From Hormiphora californensis (lineage: Eukaryota; Animalia; Ctenophora), in the NCBI GenBank assembly GCA_020137815.1, contig CM035358.1, positions 7,502,001 to 7,566,000 on the forward strand: a DNA stretch of 64,000 nt, given 5' to 3'. This document shows, in pieces, positions 52,132 through 63,984 of this stretch. The notes beneath the pieces are model-generated. The model was given only the letters and a program-made list of their open reading frames with translations. It searched no databases and was not told where the DNA came from. Position numbers and translations under genes: made by a program. Position 1 is the stretch's first letter; every line of letters begins with the position of its first letter.

Positions 52132-53051
52132 TTTTTAAAGTGAGAGTGGACAGAAAGCTATGATCCTGAGAGTAATGGAGGTTGTAAGGGACGGCAACCT
52201 GAGTAGAATGCTGTTTTGGGCATCTCCAACCGACCACAGCTGCCTGAGTTATATTTGGCACTTGCGCCCACGCGACGCAACGTAGGGCGCCAATAAATTT
52301 CACATTAACCTGCACGGCGTCAAAAAGCCGCGCAAAAATGAGCTACAAAAAGTTTTAAAATTTTTTTTTGAAATTTTTTTTTCGAGTTTTTTAAGTTTTC
52401 AAAAAACTTTTCATGGCTCGAGCTAAAAAGTTTTTAAATGTTCTACAATCCCTTCGAATACCTCAGCATGCAGCCCTATCGTTAAAAGGGGCCGGCGGCG
52501 TATGCTAAGCATGACTGTACAAGTGATACAGCCTATCGCGGTGAGCAGCGTATTATACACTGTCTATACTACTACAAAAAGTTGACATGTCCCCTTGGGT
52601 TGCATTGAAAGGACCTCTTGAAACTCTTTGATTTATATAGGATGAATCCCCTGAACCTTTTGACTAGACTGTCCACCGATTCAATTTCGTTTTTTGCTAA
52701 GAGCTGCTTGTCTTGAGATGTGCTGTTTAGTCCAGCAGTCATCAAGTTGTGTGAAAATGTTCCCCGTTAACTTTTTGGTAGGTTGCAACTGTCGTCCGCA
52801 TGTCAGAGGATACCCTTCAATCATTCTGCTATCTCTCCTTTTTGATGAATATCCTACCGCCCGTGGAACCCACTCCGGGCGTAATCATAATATGGGTGCC
52901 TCGCAGCTTGTTTATTGGTGCAATAATTGGTTAGCAATAATTGAGCACTGTTTTATTTCTCGTCTACCGATTTTTTCAAACGGCTCAAACAAAACCCTAA
53001 CCAGCTTCGACCGCCAAAATTGTTAACTCTGGAAGGCAACCAATCTTTTAA

Positions 53052-53585
53052 TCCCCCGCTCACTTCCCCAAATTCCCTGACTATGTCCCCAAGCCTGGAG
53101 GGGACCAACTGTACGTTCCTCCCTCTGACTCTGAAGAAGAGGAACAAGGCCTGCCCGAAGAGAGCGATGGTGAAGCTGATGATGAAGACGATGAAGATAA
53201 TGGTCCATGTCAGTGTGGGAATTGTCCCACTTTCAGAATAGATGGCGCTAATATTTGCTGTAGTGAATTTGACATGGAGGTAGAGTTATGTGTTACGGAG
53301 AAACCAACACTCCGGAAACTTTTAACTGACCCTGAGGCCATGTCGCTGATATCATTTCGGTATGATAAGGAGTTCAAGCGACCGAAAGAGTCAGACATAG
53401 CGAATTGGAATTCCTTAATGCGGCTCACCGGATATGGCATGGCCCTAGATATGCTGAAACTGCGAAACTGCCCCCGCACCAAACTTCCCTCGTGCCTAGT
53501 GAGTTTAGTGAGGGATTTGTTCCCCGATCCTTCTGGGAAGTATATTGGCTTCAAAGAAGCATCGAGACCGCCAAGGAAATACTAA
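53052..53585 (+). CDS. KolX / P2X7 cytoplasmic-ballast-like Cys-rich protein (start codon unclear)
   Basis: Acidic stretch, then CQCGNC…ICCSE…CVT…RLTGY…RTKLPSCLV…VRDLFPDPSGKYIGFK. Confidence 0.75.
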   Translation, partial: SPAHFPKFPDYVPKPGGDQLYVPPSDSEEEEQGLPEESDGEADDEDDEDNGPCQCGNCPTFRIDGANICCSEFDMEVELCVTEKPTLRKLLTDPEAMSLISFRYDKEFKRPKESDIANWNSLMRLTGYGMALDMLKLRNCPRTKLPSCLVSLVRDLFPDPSGKYIGFKEASRPPRKY

Positions 53586-54549
53586 GTCAACAAACGGACC
53601 CCGCAAATGAACTGCAAATTGGTTTAAGCTTGCGAATAAGCTGATGGACTATAATACAAGCAAATTTCTTCTTAATTTATTAATTCTGGGAACGGGGTTA
53701 TCTATTTCATATAACTTAAATTTATTTTTAACCAACAAGGGAATTTTTTTAACAAAGCATTTTTTACTAATTGTTAAAGAATTTATTAACTTATCTGAGA
53801 GGAAAACGTCTTGGAGGATTGGCACACTAAACGTCCACTCAATTATGAATAAGACGTCAGGTGTAATTACACACTTGGAGGAAAAAGGATGCGACATCTG
53901 CTTGGTACAGGAGACTTATCTGAAACAGAGTGACACAGCTAAACTTCAGGAGATCAGAGACTATGGTTGGAATATCTTCTCCTCGCCTAGAGCGGAACGT
54001 TCAGGAGGTGGAATTGGGATCTTGTACAGGGATGGTGTCAAGTTGAAATACACTCCGGTAAAAGCAAAGTTTAAATCGTTTCAAGTCCAGGAGGCCCTTA
54101 TTGGAGGAGGAAAAGATGTGACGAGGCTGTGCAATATCTATAGACCTCCGTATACTGGCAAGGCACGGTTTACGGAAGCCCAGTTCTTGGATGAGTTTAC
54201 TGATTATTTGTCAGAGTTGGTCTGCAAAACGGGGAACCCTATCCTGATGGGGGACTTTAACTTCCAGGTTCAAGACACTCAGAACTTCTATGCGAAGAAG
54301 TTGCTTGGACTACTTGACTCTCTTGGATTTGATCAGCGGGTCCCACTACAACCTACTCATGTTCGTGGTGGTACTTTGGATCTGCTTCTCTGCCAAAAAG
54401 ACAGATATTCTAAGGTTCAATCAGTTGAAGTATTTCCTGACGGAACGACCGTAAGGTGAGAATCCTTGCTACGCCTTTTATAGTTTGGGCCGGGGCTTAT
54501 GTCTCCCTTCAAAAGGAGCATTAGTGTCTAAAGACTGCATTATGCGGAG

Positions 54550-55059
54550 AACTATACCTGGAAGTCAGTGGAGTTGGTCTCGAGCATGGTCCCGTAGTGT
54601 CCCCAGCAACGGAGATGTCCCCTGGGCGACCAAGCTGGCACCAGGTCTCCTCCCTCTAGAGCAAGGATTCAGTGAGTACCCCTCACAGGAACACTGGCAA
54701 TAGAGGGGGGGGCCAGGAGCCACAAGTGAAGCCAGGGGGACAGATCTGAGGCAGGTGCACGCTGCGGGGCCGGTGAGAGGCGGACCCCCACAGGCATACC
54801 AACAACTATACCTGGAAGTCAGTGGAGTTGGTCTCGAGCATGGTCCCGTAGTGTCCCCAGCAACGGAGATGTCCCCTGGGCGACCAAGCTGGCACCAGGT
54901 CTCCTCCCTCTAGAGCAAGGATCCAGTGAGTACCCCTCACAGGAACACTGGCAATAGAGGGGGGGCCAGGAGCCACAAGTGAAGCCGGGGGGACAGATCT
55001 GAGGCAGGTGCACGCTGCGGAGCTGGTGAGAGGCTGACCCCCACAGGCATACCAACAAC
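54550..55059 (+). repeat. 2x 254-bp direct repeat in the LINE 5' leader
   Basis: 54550-54803 ≈ 54804-55059. A diverged third copy follows at ~55070-55230. Confidence 0.92.
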
Positions 55060-56322
55060 CGACATTTTGAGCGTGACCAGTGGAGGGGGCCCCGGGACGA
55101 GGCCCAGTGGCGGCACCTGCGCTGAGAAGGCACCCTCAGGCGACCAAGTGGGATACCAGGACTCCGTGAGAGATCAGGTACCCCAAGTGACGCCAGTGGG
55201 AGCAATCTTGGCGCGGGAGCATACCACGGGGTCAGTCCAGGGAACCGTCAACACAGGTACACACCCAAACCCATTAAAACAATATAGTTATGGCTAGAGC
55301 AAGAATCCAGTGAGAATCTCTCACAGGAACGCTGGCAATAGACTCAACTAAAACTAACGACTAGAGCAAGAATCCAGTGAGAATCTCTCACAGGAACGCT
55401 GGCAATAGTCATGACCAAAACCAACGTCACCCGGCACACAACAAGGATCCAATGTGAAGTTACATTCACATAGGAATACTAGTTGCTGCCGGAATGACAA
55501 AACCACCCCCTCTTGGCCAGTAACAAGGATCCAGAGTAATGCCACCCAGTGGTACACGCTCGTGGAACACTAGTTACAAACCAAACGAGGTAGAACCAAT
55601 AGTGAATTATCCTTATCTGAAAGCAAAAGTCCAGTGTTGACGTCACTCAGTGAACCCTACACAAGGAAATTTTGCCTGATGTACAGGAAACATTCTCTCA
55701 CCCACCCTACTTTCTGCTAGCATGATGGATCCCTCATGGAAAATCCCGAAACTACCAGAACAGAAAGAGTTAACAACAAGTATGTAGTGTACTCTCTTGA
55801 CGGAGCCAATCTCTGACCTGAAGCACCTTGGTGGTGACGGGAGCGAGATGGCGACGACAGGAGGGTTCGTGCAGTAACGCGCCGTGACCGCCCTACTACC
55901 AAATAGGATTGGTTATGGCGCTAGCTGAGCGCGCACTACACTGATAACACCATGTCACCTTGTCTGATCCTCTCCTCTATCTCTCTAACCTGTCCCCTCC
56001 TCCAGAGGGGAGAGTATTAAAGAGTGAAAGAGGAGAAGGATAAGGAGAAGGCACGATATCTCAAGCTTTAGCTCTATACCGGTCTCTACACATCTCAACA
56101 CCACCATCCCCGCTATCTGCCCCATGGGAAGATAGTGGGAAGGAGGAGTAGAAATATGGTAGCCACCGGACAGTCAGTATTACTTCTCATACTTTTAGGC
56201 TGTAGGGGTGATTTACTGTCGTCCCCCAGGTCACGGAGCCTTAATACCATGACCATGAGGCAGTTCATATCTCCTTTTTATGTTAGGGCATTTCATTACT
56301 GCTCCTGCTCCCACCGTATTCT

Positions 56323-59300
56323 ATGGGTGATCATTGTTTCTCATTTATTTCCACTCCGAGTGAGAACTCTCACTCTACTCAACATCAAGATACAGGTGGA
56401 GCACTCTCCCCACAACCTCAAACACAACCCCTCCGTTCAGCCCAAAACCCACTTAAGAATTCCGTCCACAACGGAAACGCTAAAGCAGGTAATGGCGCTC
56501 ATAATGGAAACCCAGCCCAAATCCTAATTAAGAATTCCGTCCAAAACGGAAACGCTGAAGCAGGAAATGGTGCTCGGAAAGGGAAAACAACACAAAATCG
56601 TCTAGCCCGCAAACCGAAAGAGAATTCCGCCCCAACCGGAAACGCTCAAAAGGGAAACGGTGCAAAAACGGTAGAAACAAATCCTCCGCCAAAGACTTCC
56701 TCTGACACCCGGAAACGGGGACAGATTAGGGTGACCCAGATCAACCTAAACAAAAGTCCTGACGCGTGGGATGACATCATATCCTCAAAACTAACCCAAT
56801 CCGAAGTGATTCTGGTCCAAGAACCACCTTTGATTGGAAAACAAAAGAGAATAAAATCTAGCAATGGGTACACGGCGGTCTATGACAAGACCGCTGAAAG
56901 GCCCAGAGCAGGGATTATGATTCACAAAAACATATCTAAGCATGTGTTCCTCCTAAACAGTCTAACTGATGGAGACACAGTCACAATTCTCCTGAAATTG
57001 GGAAATAAGGCCTCTATTCTCAGCTCCATTTATATGGGCAGAGGAATGGAATGCCCTCCTCCTAAGTTCAAAGAGATAGTTGATTACGCAAAGATAAACA
57101 ACCACGCCCTAGTCCTAGGATCGGACGTAAATGCCCACAGCACAGCCTGGGGGAGTGTGCGATTCGATCCAGAAGGAACAACTAGAGGTGAAGCTCTCCT
57201 AGACAAAATAATACAAGAAGATTTGCATATCTCGAATGTAAATAATGCAATAACGTTTGATAATGGCAGATGGGAGAACGTAATCGACCTAACCATAACA
57301 AACAACTCAGCAGTCGACTCTATAAGAGAATGGCAAACCATCAAAGGAGCATGTCGGTCAGACCACGTCCCCATCACATTCGTCATGGGCGACATGGACG
57401 GCAGAGACATTCGCACCTTTCAAAACATAAAGAAAACAAATTGGGGCCAATATCGTGAAATAGCAATCAGTGAAATGGAGAAAAGTAAAACTCTAAATTC
57501 AGAAATCAATACGATGGAAGAATTAGAAGAGGCTACCAAAACCATAACTGAAATCATGATAACGGCATACCAAAAAACCACTCCGACAACATACGTTTCA
57601 TCTCAAATTAAAGACCCGCCGTGGCTCACGGAGGAGGTCGAAAAGGCGAGACTAGAAATGTTAGATAAACTTGAGATAGCTCAAGACACCAAAATGCAAA
57701 AAGACTGGGCCCTTGCCAGAGCTGCTAGAAACAGCCACAGCAAGATACGAGTATATTCCAAGAGAAAATGCTGGAAAGCATGGACGGAAGAACTCGACGC
57801 CTTTTCTGATGCACAAAAAATAAGCCATGTCATTAAAACCAGTGAAGGTTGTAAACTGAACTGTGTAAACGACAAAAACGGCAACATAACAAGCTCTCCG
57901 AAGGAAACATTGCTAGCAATGGCAGACGTCCACTTCGGAGACCACAACATCACAAGACCATCAACCCAAGACTATGACAAGATCGGTCGCGGGAAATGGT
58001 CTAATGAAAGAACATTCTCAACAACACGCATCATTAAAGCCCTACGCGAATTCAGGCCCCTAACTGCAGCGGGCCCGGATAGCATAAGGCCAATAATGAT
58101 GCAGAAAATAGCCGATACTTTTGCGAAATACTTCGCAAAAATCGTAACAGCATCTTATGAACTAGGAAAAACTCCAACACTATGGCAGGAAGCGGAAGCA
58201 ATCTACCTACCCAAACCAGGGAAAGGAGATTACCGCCAGCCAAAATCATTCCGAACGATAACCCTGGCATCCAACCTTCAGAAACTTGCTGAAAGGTTGG
58301 TGCTATGGCACATCGAAGCGGATCAAAAAGTCCACAAAAAACTCAATAAATCCCAATACGGCTTCAAGAGGGGGGTCTCTACCGAGACAGCCCTCCACAA
58401 AGTAGTAAGGAAAATTGAGAAGACCCTAATGAACCAAGGCATAGCGTTGGGCACTTTCCTCGACATCGAGGGAGCGTTCGACAACGTTGCCTTTAAAGCT
58501 ATCGAAAGAGCACTCCACGCCAAACTCCGTGATAAACGGACAGTTGACTGGATAATGTTCACAATCACCAACCGAAAGGTAACAACAAAACTGCTGGGAG
58601 AATCATTAACGATCATGGTAACGAGAGGGTGCCCCCAAGGCGGCATACTCTCTCCATTCTTATGGAACCTAGTCATGGATGATCTTCTCAACCACAGTAA
58701 AAAGGAAATACCAGGTGACCTACAGGGATTCGCCGATGACCTAAGTCTCCTGGTAACAACAACAATGCCCCCCTCCAAGGCAGGCCCCTCGGTGGATATT
58801 CTTCCACTAAGGGACGCTACTCAAAAGGGCTTGACGGCAATCAATAAGTGGTGCAAGACAGTGGGACTTAAGCTTAGTGCTCTAAAGTCCCATATTGTTA
58901 TCTTCACCCATCGGCAAAACGTTAAAATCAATGACCCGATCAAAATCGGGGGAAACTCCATAAACACCGTGAGCTCCACCAAATTCCTTGGTCTTACCCT
59001 AGACAGCAAGTTGAATTGGAACGAGCACATTGTGAAACAAATAAAGAAATGCAAAAACATCCTAATGCAGTGTAGAAGAGTTGTAGGCCCCACGTGGGGA
59101 CTTAACCCAAAGACCGCATCCTGGATATACACAACAATAGTCCGACCAGCTCTTTCCTATGGAGCAATGGTATGGGCAAACGCCATGCTCAAACTCCAAA
59201 GAATGGCGCTTAAGATGGTTGCGGGGGCCCTCCCCACGACCCCAGCGACAGCATTGGACAAGATTACAAACACGACACCAATAACAGAACATCTTAGATT

Positions 59301-60384
59301 CTGTGCGGTGAAAACAGCATACACTCTGATGGCCACAGGGCAGTGGGAAGGCCCAGTAAAATCAGACCTGAAAAACCCCAAGAAGTTCACATCCCACGCC
59401 AACACTGTGAACAAAACACTAAGATCCTTACCGTCTGAGTGGACACACGATCTAACCACCCCTGTACTTTCCCTAGACAGGGATTTCCTAACGGAGATCC
59501 CGGACAGGGGGAGTTACAGGGAGGTGGAAAGTGAGTTCACTACCGTTATATACACGGATGGATCAAAAATAAACGACAATGCGGGAGCTGGACTCACCAT
59601 CTGGAAAGATGGAGAAGAAACAACCCAAAAGTCATTTAACCTAGGCCCGCACATATCAGTGCCAGCCTCAGAAATGTTTGCCATACAACAAGCAACACAA
59701 ACCCTGCTGGACAGCGGAACTGCTAACGAGCGGGTCCTAATAAACTGCGACAGCCAGGGTACCATAAAAAGCCTAGACACCACCACGTCCAGGTCAAAAA
59801 CCACATTGAAAACAATATCAAACCTCAACACCCTATCAATTTGGAACAACGTCACAGTAAGATGGATCCCAGCCCACCAAGGGCACCACGGGAACGAACT
59901 TGCTGACGCTTTGGCCAAAAAGGGTGCTCAAAATACTTCAGAAGAAACCCTAATCCCAATCCCCAAAGCTGCAGCATATGCAGCCCTAAGGAACAAGATT
60001 AAAACCGGTAACAGGAATATATCTAACCACATGGACATGATATGGGCTGACCGATTTGGGAAATCTCTGAAAAACATGACTAGAAGTAATCTAAGAGCTG
60101 CCACGCACCTTCTCACGGGACATGGCAATCTAAACTACCATATGAAAAAACTGAAAAAAGTCAACACCACAACCTGCAACCTGTGTGGGATGGAGGACGA
60201 AACTGTCAAACACGTACTCACAGAATGCCCACTACTGTGGAAACTTCGACAAGAAGTATTCGATAAACTGTGCGTGACTTTGGACGACATAAGACACCAC
60301 CTGCCCTTCCAAAAAACCGTCACGTTTTACCGAAGGGCGGAGAAACTACTACACCCCGAGGACCCTCACCCGTCCTCTAGGTAG
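56323..60384 (+). CDS. APE-RT-RNase H-CCHC polyprotein (1353 aa)
   Basis: QINL, LVQEP, SDVNAH, SDH; QYGF, DIEGAFD, PQGGILSP, FADD; YTDGS, E, CDSQ, WIPAH…GNELADALAK; CNLC…HVLTEC. Confidence 0.96.
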   Translation: MGDHCFSFISTPSENSHSTQHQDTGGALSPQPQTQPLRSAQNPLKNSVHNGNAKAGNGAHNGNPAQILIKNSVQNGNAEAGNGARKGKTTQNRLARKPKENSAPTGNAQKGNGAKTVETNPPPKTSSDTRKRGQIRVTQINLNKSPDAWDDIISSKLTQSEVILVQEPPLIGKQKRIKSSNGYTAVYDKTAERPRAGIMIHKNISKHVFLLNSLTDGDTVTILLKLGNKASILSSIYMGRGMECPPPKFKEIVDYAKINNHALVLGSDVNAHSTAWGSVRFDPEGTTRGEALLDKIIQEDLHISNVNNAITFDNGRWENVIDLTITNNSAVDSIREWQTIKGACRSDHVPITFVMGDMDGRDIRTFQNIKKTNWGQYREIAISEMEKSKTLNSEINTMEELEEATKTITEIMITAYQKTTPTTYVSSQIKDPPWLTEEVEKARLEMLDKLEIAQDTKMQKDWALARAARNSHSKIRVYSKRKCWKAWTEELDAFSDAQKISHVIKTSEGCKLNCVNDKNGNITSSPKETLLAMADVHFGDHNITRPSTQDYDKIGRGKWSNERTFSTTRIIKALREFRPLTAAGPDSIRPIMMQKIADTFAKYFAKIVTASYELGKTPTLWQEAEAIYLPKPGKGDYRQPKSFRTITLASNLQKLAERLVLWHIEADQKVHKKLNKSQYGFKRGVSTETALHKVVRKIEKTLMNQGIALGTFLDIEGAFDNVAFKAIERALHAKLRDKRTVDWIMFTITNRKVTTKLLGESLTIMVTRGCPQGGILSPFLWNLVMDDLLNHSKKEIPGDLQGFADDLSLLVTTTMPPSKAGPSVDILPLRDATQKGLTAINKWCKTVGLKLSALKSHIVIFTHRQNVKINDPIKIGGNSINTVSSTKFLGLTLDSKLNWNEHIVKQIKKCKNILMQCRRVVGPTWGLNPKTASWIYTTIVRPALSYGAMVWANAMLKLQRMALKMVAGALPTTPATALDKITNTTPITEHLRFCAVKTAYTLMATGQWEGPVKSDLKNPKKFTSHANTVNKTLRSLPSEWTHDLTTPVLSLDRDFLTEIPDRGSYREVESEFTTVIYTDGSKINDNAGAGLTIWKDGEETTQKSFNLGPHISVPASEMFAIQQATQTLLDSGTANERVLINCDSQGTIKSLDTTTSRSKTTLKTISNLNTLSIWNNVTVRWIPAHQGHHGNELADALAKKGAQNTSEETLIPIPKAAAYAALRNKIKTGNRNISNHMDMIWADRFGKSLKNMTRSNLRAATHLLTGHGNLNYHMKKLKKVNTTTCNLCGMEDETVKHVLTECPLLWKLRQEVFDKLCVTLDDIRHHLPFQKTVTFYRRAEKLLHPEDPHPSSR

Positions 60385-63320
60385 AAAACACCACGACTCC
60401 AAGAAGTACACCCCAGAAACCTCGAATTTCTGGTCGGGGTACCTCAAGGCTGGGGAACGTAACCATTGTGCTACATCCCTTCATCTCAGCCCCTCACGGG
60501 GCTGAGACAGCCTCTACGAAGAAGAAGAAAGAAGAAGACGGAACGACCTCTGATCATTTTCTTGTATTGGCGGAGCTGTGTATTGAAACTGTAGCAAGTG
60601 AATACAAGACTCGTGAAAAAGTGGACATGTACAGAGATTTCAAGGCTGTTGATATTGAAATACTTCGATGTGCTTTTAGGAGTGTGGATTGGAGTGAAGC
60701 GATGGAATCTGGATCAGCTGAGGAGGTTTTGTGTATTTATATGAGGAAACTTGAGGAACTTGTGGATAGGACTGTCCCGTTGAAGAGGAGAAAGAAGAGA
60801 GGAGCTAAGCTGAGGCCATGGAGAGATAATCCAGAGGTGCGTCAAGTTCTTCGTCAGCGGCGGAATGCTGAGCGAGCCTGGGAGAACAATAAAACCAGCG
60901 TCACGAAGAAGCAGTTCAATGAACTCAAGAGGCAGTTTGGGCGTGTTGACAAGGAAGCGAGGACGAACTACGTCAAGGAAGACTTGGAGGAGTCCAGAGA
61001 TGACCCCAAAGCACTTCAAAGGAAATTGAACCGTCTACTTGGTAATACTGAAACCTTTATGCCTGAAACCACAGATAAGCGGAGGTTAGCGGATGACTTT
61101 GCGGACTTCTTTGTTGGAAAAGTTGATAAAATCCGGTCTACTGTTATTGGAGAGAAGAATCTGAGGACTAAGAGGAACCCTATTCATCAGACACCCGTCT
61201 GTTGTTTTGAGGAATTTGAGGAAGTTTCCCCAGAGAAACTAAAGAGGATAATCAAAGACATGCCAGACAAGACATGTGATCTTGACCCTATACCGACTTG
61301 GTTAGTGAAGGGGTGTATGCATGAGCTAGCTCCAGTCTTGTGCAGGTTTATTAACCTATCTCTTGGATGTTCCAGTGTTCCTGAACTTCTCCAGCAAGCT
61401 TTGGTGTTTCCAACGATTAAGAACCCTTATGGCGATAAGGACACTTTGACCAATTATCGGCCAGTCTCCAACCTATCTTTTGTCTCCAAGCTTCTTGAAA
61501 AGATAGTTCTAGAGCAGCTCAACTCGTATCTTAATGAGAACGAGTTACTAAATAAGCATCAATCAGGTTACAGGGTGAATCATAGCTGTGAAACCCTACT
61601 GATGGGTATGTTTGATGATCTCCTTCGGGATATGGATGAAGGAAAGGTCGCAGGCCTCTTTCTATTAGATATGAGCGCCGCTTTTGACACAGTGGACCAT
61701 GGAAAGCTGCTAGAAGTTCTTGAAGAACGGTTTGGAGTGAGGGGTTCTGTCTTGGATTGGTTCGCCAACTATCTACAAATGAGGACTTATCGGGTAAACG
61801 TGGAAGGGGAACTTTCGAGGATTGTCTCTCTGATTTGTGGAGTTCCGCAGGGTTCACTGCTTGGACCTGTGTTGTTTTTACTGTATGTGGAGGAATTGCA
61901 AGATTTGGTCAAACCGTATGGCTTAAGGATTAAACTTTATGCTGATGACTCGCAATTGTACATCAGCTTTGTTCCTACTGATGAGGAAAACTGGAAACTG
62001 GCAAAGGAGAGGACTGAGGAATGCTTGTCAAGTGTGAAAGAGTGGATGAGTGAGCACTGGCTAAAGTGCAATGAGGCAAAGACTGAATTCCTGCTGTTAG
62101 GCAAAAACAGCGCCCTGGATAAGATGGCCTATCAGCCCACGGTGGACTTTGGTGGAGTGGAGATAAGCCCAGTGGACTTTACGGGGAGTACAGGGAAAAC
62201 ACTAGGAGTGTTCCTTGATAGCAACCTCTCTATGGAGAGGCAAATCAACAGTGTTAAGAGGCAATGTGGTTTGTTGTTGAAGAATCTATGGCAGGTAAAC
62301 CGGTGTCTAGATAGATCGACGAAGATACTCCTTGTTAAGCAGCTCATCATTTCAAGACTGGATTATTGTAATATCCTTTACCAAGGCTTACCTAAGAAGC
62401 TTCTCAACAGCCTTCAGAGAGTCTTGAACTCGTGTGTCAGATTTGTTTATGGCCTACACGGTCACCAAGACACCTACATGCCATACTTGAAAGAATTGCA
62501 TGTTCTTCCTGTGGAACAACGAGTCACGTTCAAAGCATGCCTTATGGCGTACAAGATTGTACATGGATTGGCCCCTGACTACCTGCAAGATCAGGTCCCT
62601 GTTGATGATGGACTTCATGTGATCCGGGCTACTAGAGGAAATGCTTGGCCTGATGGCCTCAAGCTGAAGTACCCTAAGCTATCAAGTGTCAACGCGACTT
62701 CCAAGTTGAGAAGAAGACGTCCGTCGGTTTACCTGCCTGAAGTCTGGAATGGGCTTCCCCTTGATCTGAGAGCTGTTGAGTCTGTGGAATCTTTCAAGTC
62801 TAAGCTCAAGACTAGTCTTTTCACTGAGGCTTTTGGTGAGACTGGACTGTCCTCTTAACACTCTCCTTCTTGCTGAGGTATGTGCTCTAGCTGGTACCCG
62901 TTTTTAATTATTTTTCTGTATTTAAGCTCGTGGCGAGCAGAAGTGTGAAGCATAAATTGGGGTTTTTCATAGCACGAGTGTTTTTCTGTGTTTCCAATAT
63001 ACGGACTTTTAAATCATTTTTTAGAGTTCCAGGACTCTAACTCAGTCTGCTATGTAATCAGTCACCGATAGTTATGTGAGCCGATAGTAATGTGAGCCGG
63101 TGTAATTTTTCTTTATTATTTTTGTTCTATTAGGGATAAGTTGGCGAGGTCTTACCAGTATATTAACCGTTCAGATCATCCTTCAGTGACAGCAGCAGTT
63201 TCGCTGCTCTGTCCCTGTCGGATATGGGCGGAATATAAACATAGTTATTATTATTATTATTATCTTATTCCATTATCAATATGTATAACTAATCTCATTT
63301 TTATAGTTGCATGACACACA

Positions 63321-63466
<146 letters not shown>

Positions 63467-63587
63467 GGGGGAAGAAAGAAAGAGATTAGTATTACCTATT
63501 TTACCAAAATGAATTGTAATTTTATGAATTTATAATAATTTTAGTATTCATGCAATTACAGATATTCCAGTGTCAGTTAATTAATCA

Positions 63588-63719
63588 CAGTCAGACCCCG
63601 ATTTACCGAGAGAATAAACTTCCCCGATATGATAGGAATTGAACAGTATTTGACCCCAATATACCGACTTACAAAGCAAACCCATTTCCCGAGCATCCCG
63701 GTAAATCGGGGTCCGACTG
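63588..63719. mobile_element. pogo-type MITE related to 153-250
   Basis: CAGTCAGACCCCGATTTACC…GGTAAATCGGGGTCCGACTG. Confidence 0.75.
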
Positions 63720-63796
63720 TTTGTCTATATATGAGTCTCTCAGTATAATATCAGTAGCCCTTCACATTATATAATGCTATTTAGGTTCACTATGTA

Positions 63797-63984
63797 ATGC
63801 CATCGTGTGTAGTACACGGCTGCAACCGAAGAACGGGTGACAGCATCAGTCAGCTTAAACGTCCGTACCTGAGGTTCCTATCATTTCCTGATGGTGAACA
63901 AGGCGATCGTTGGTTGGAAACAATCGGGAGGAAAGATGATAAGCTAAAGCGGAAAAATATGAGCATCTGTTCTGATCATTTTCG
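63797..63984 (+). CDS. First exon of a THAP-domain protein (possibly a transposase)
   Basis: MPSCVVHGC…FP…RW…ICSDHF followed by GTGAG donor. Confidence 0.85.

Larger units (their letters stand above)
54451..60536 (+). mobile_element. Apparently full-length RNase H-bearing non-LTR retrotransposon (I/R1 group, Loa/Lian-like)
   Basis: 12-bp TSD GACGGAACGACC (54439-54450 and 60537-60548), (GAA)n tail, single long ORF. Confidence 0.93.
53644..63263 (+). mobile_element. L2/CR1-group LINE (APE 53644-54450 + RT 60549-62858) split by a nested LINE
   Basis: LVQET, GDFN, TLDL, then SDH, YRPVSNL, HQSGYR, DMSAAFD, PQGSLLGP, YADD. 3' stem-loop ~63186-63212 and (TTA)n tail 63245-63263. Confidence 0.92.

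Noticed and set aside
54451-54550. HDV-like ribozyme at the LINE 5' end
   Set aside because: Could not build the P1/P1.1/P2/P3 nested pseudoknot by eye; needs an RNAMotif or Infernal search.
54660-54700. SRP RNA helix-8 resemblance (AGG-UCC…GGA-A)
   Set aside because: Lacks the GNRA tetraloop and AGCAG strand; resemblance only partial.
55670-55695. Hammerhead-like CTGATG…GAAAC
   Set aside because: Core is CUGAUGU rather than CUGANGA and no stem II forms.
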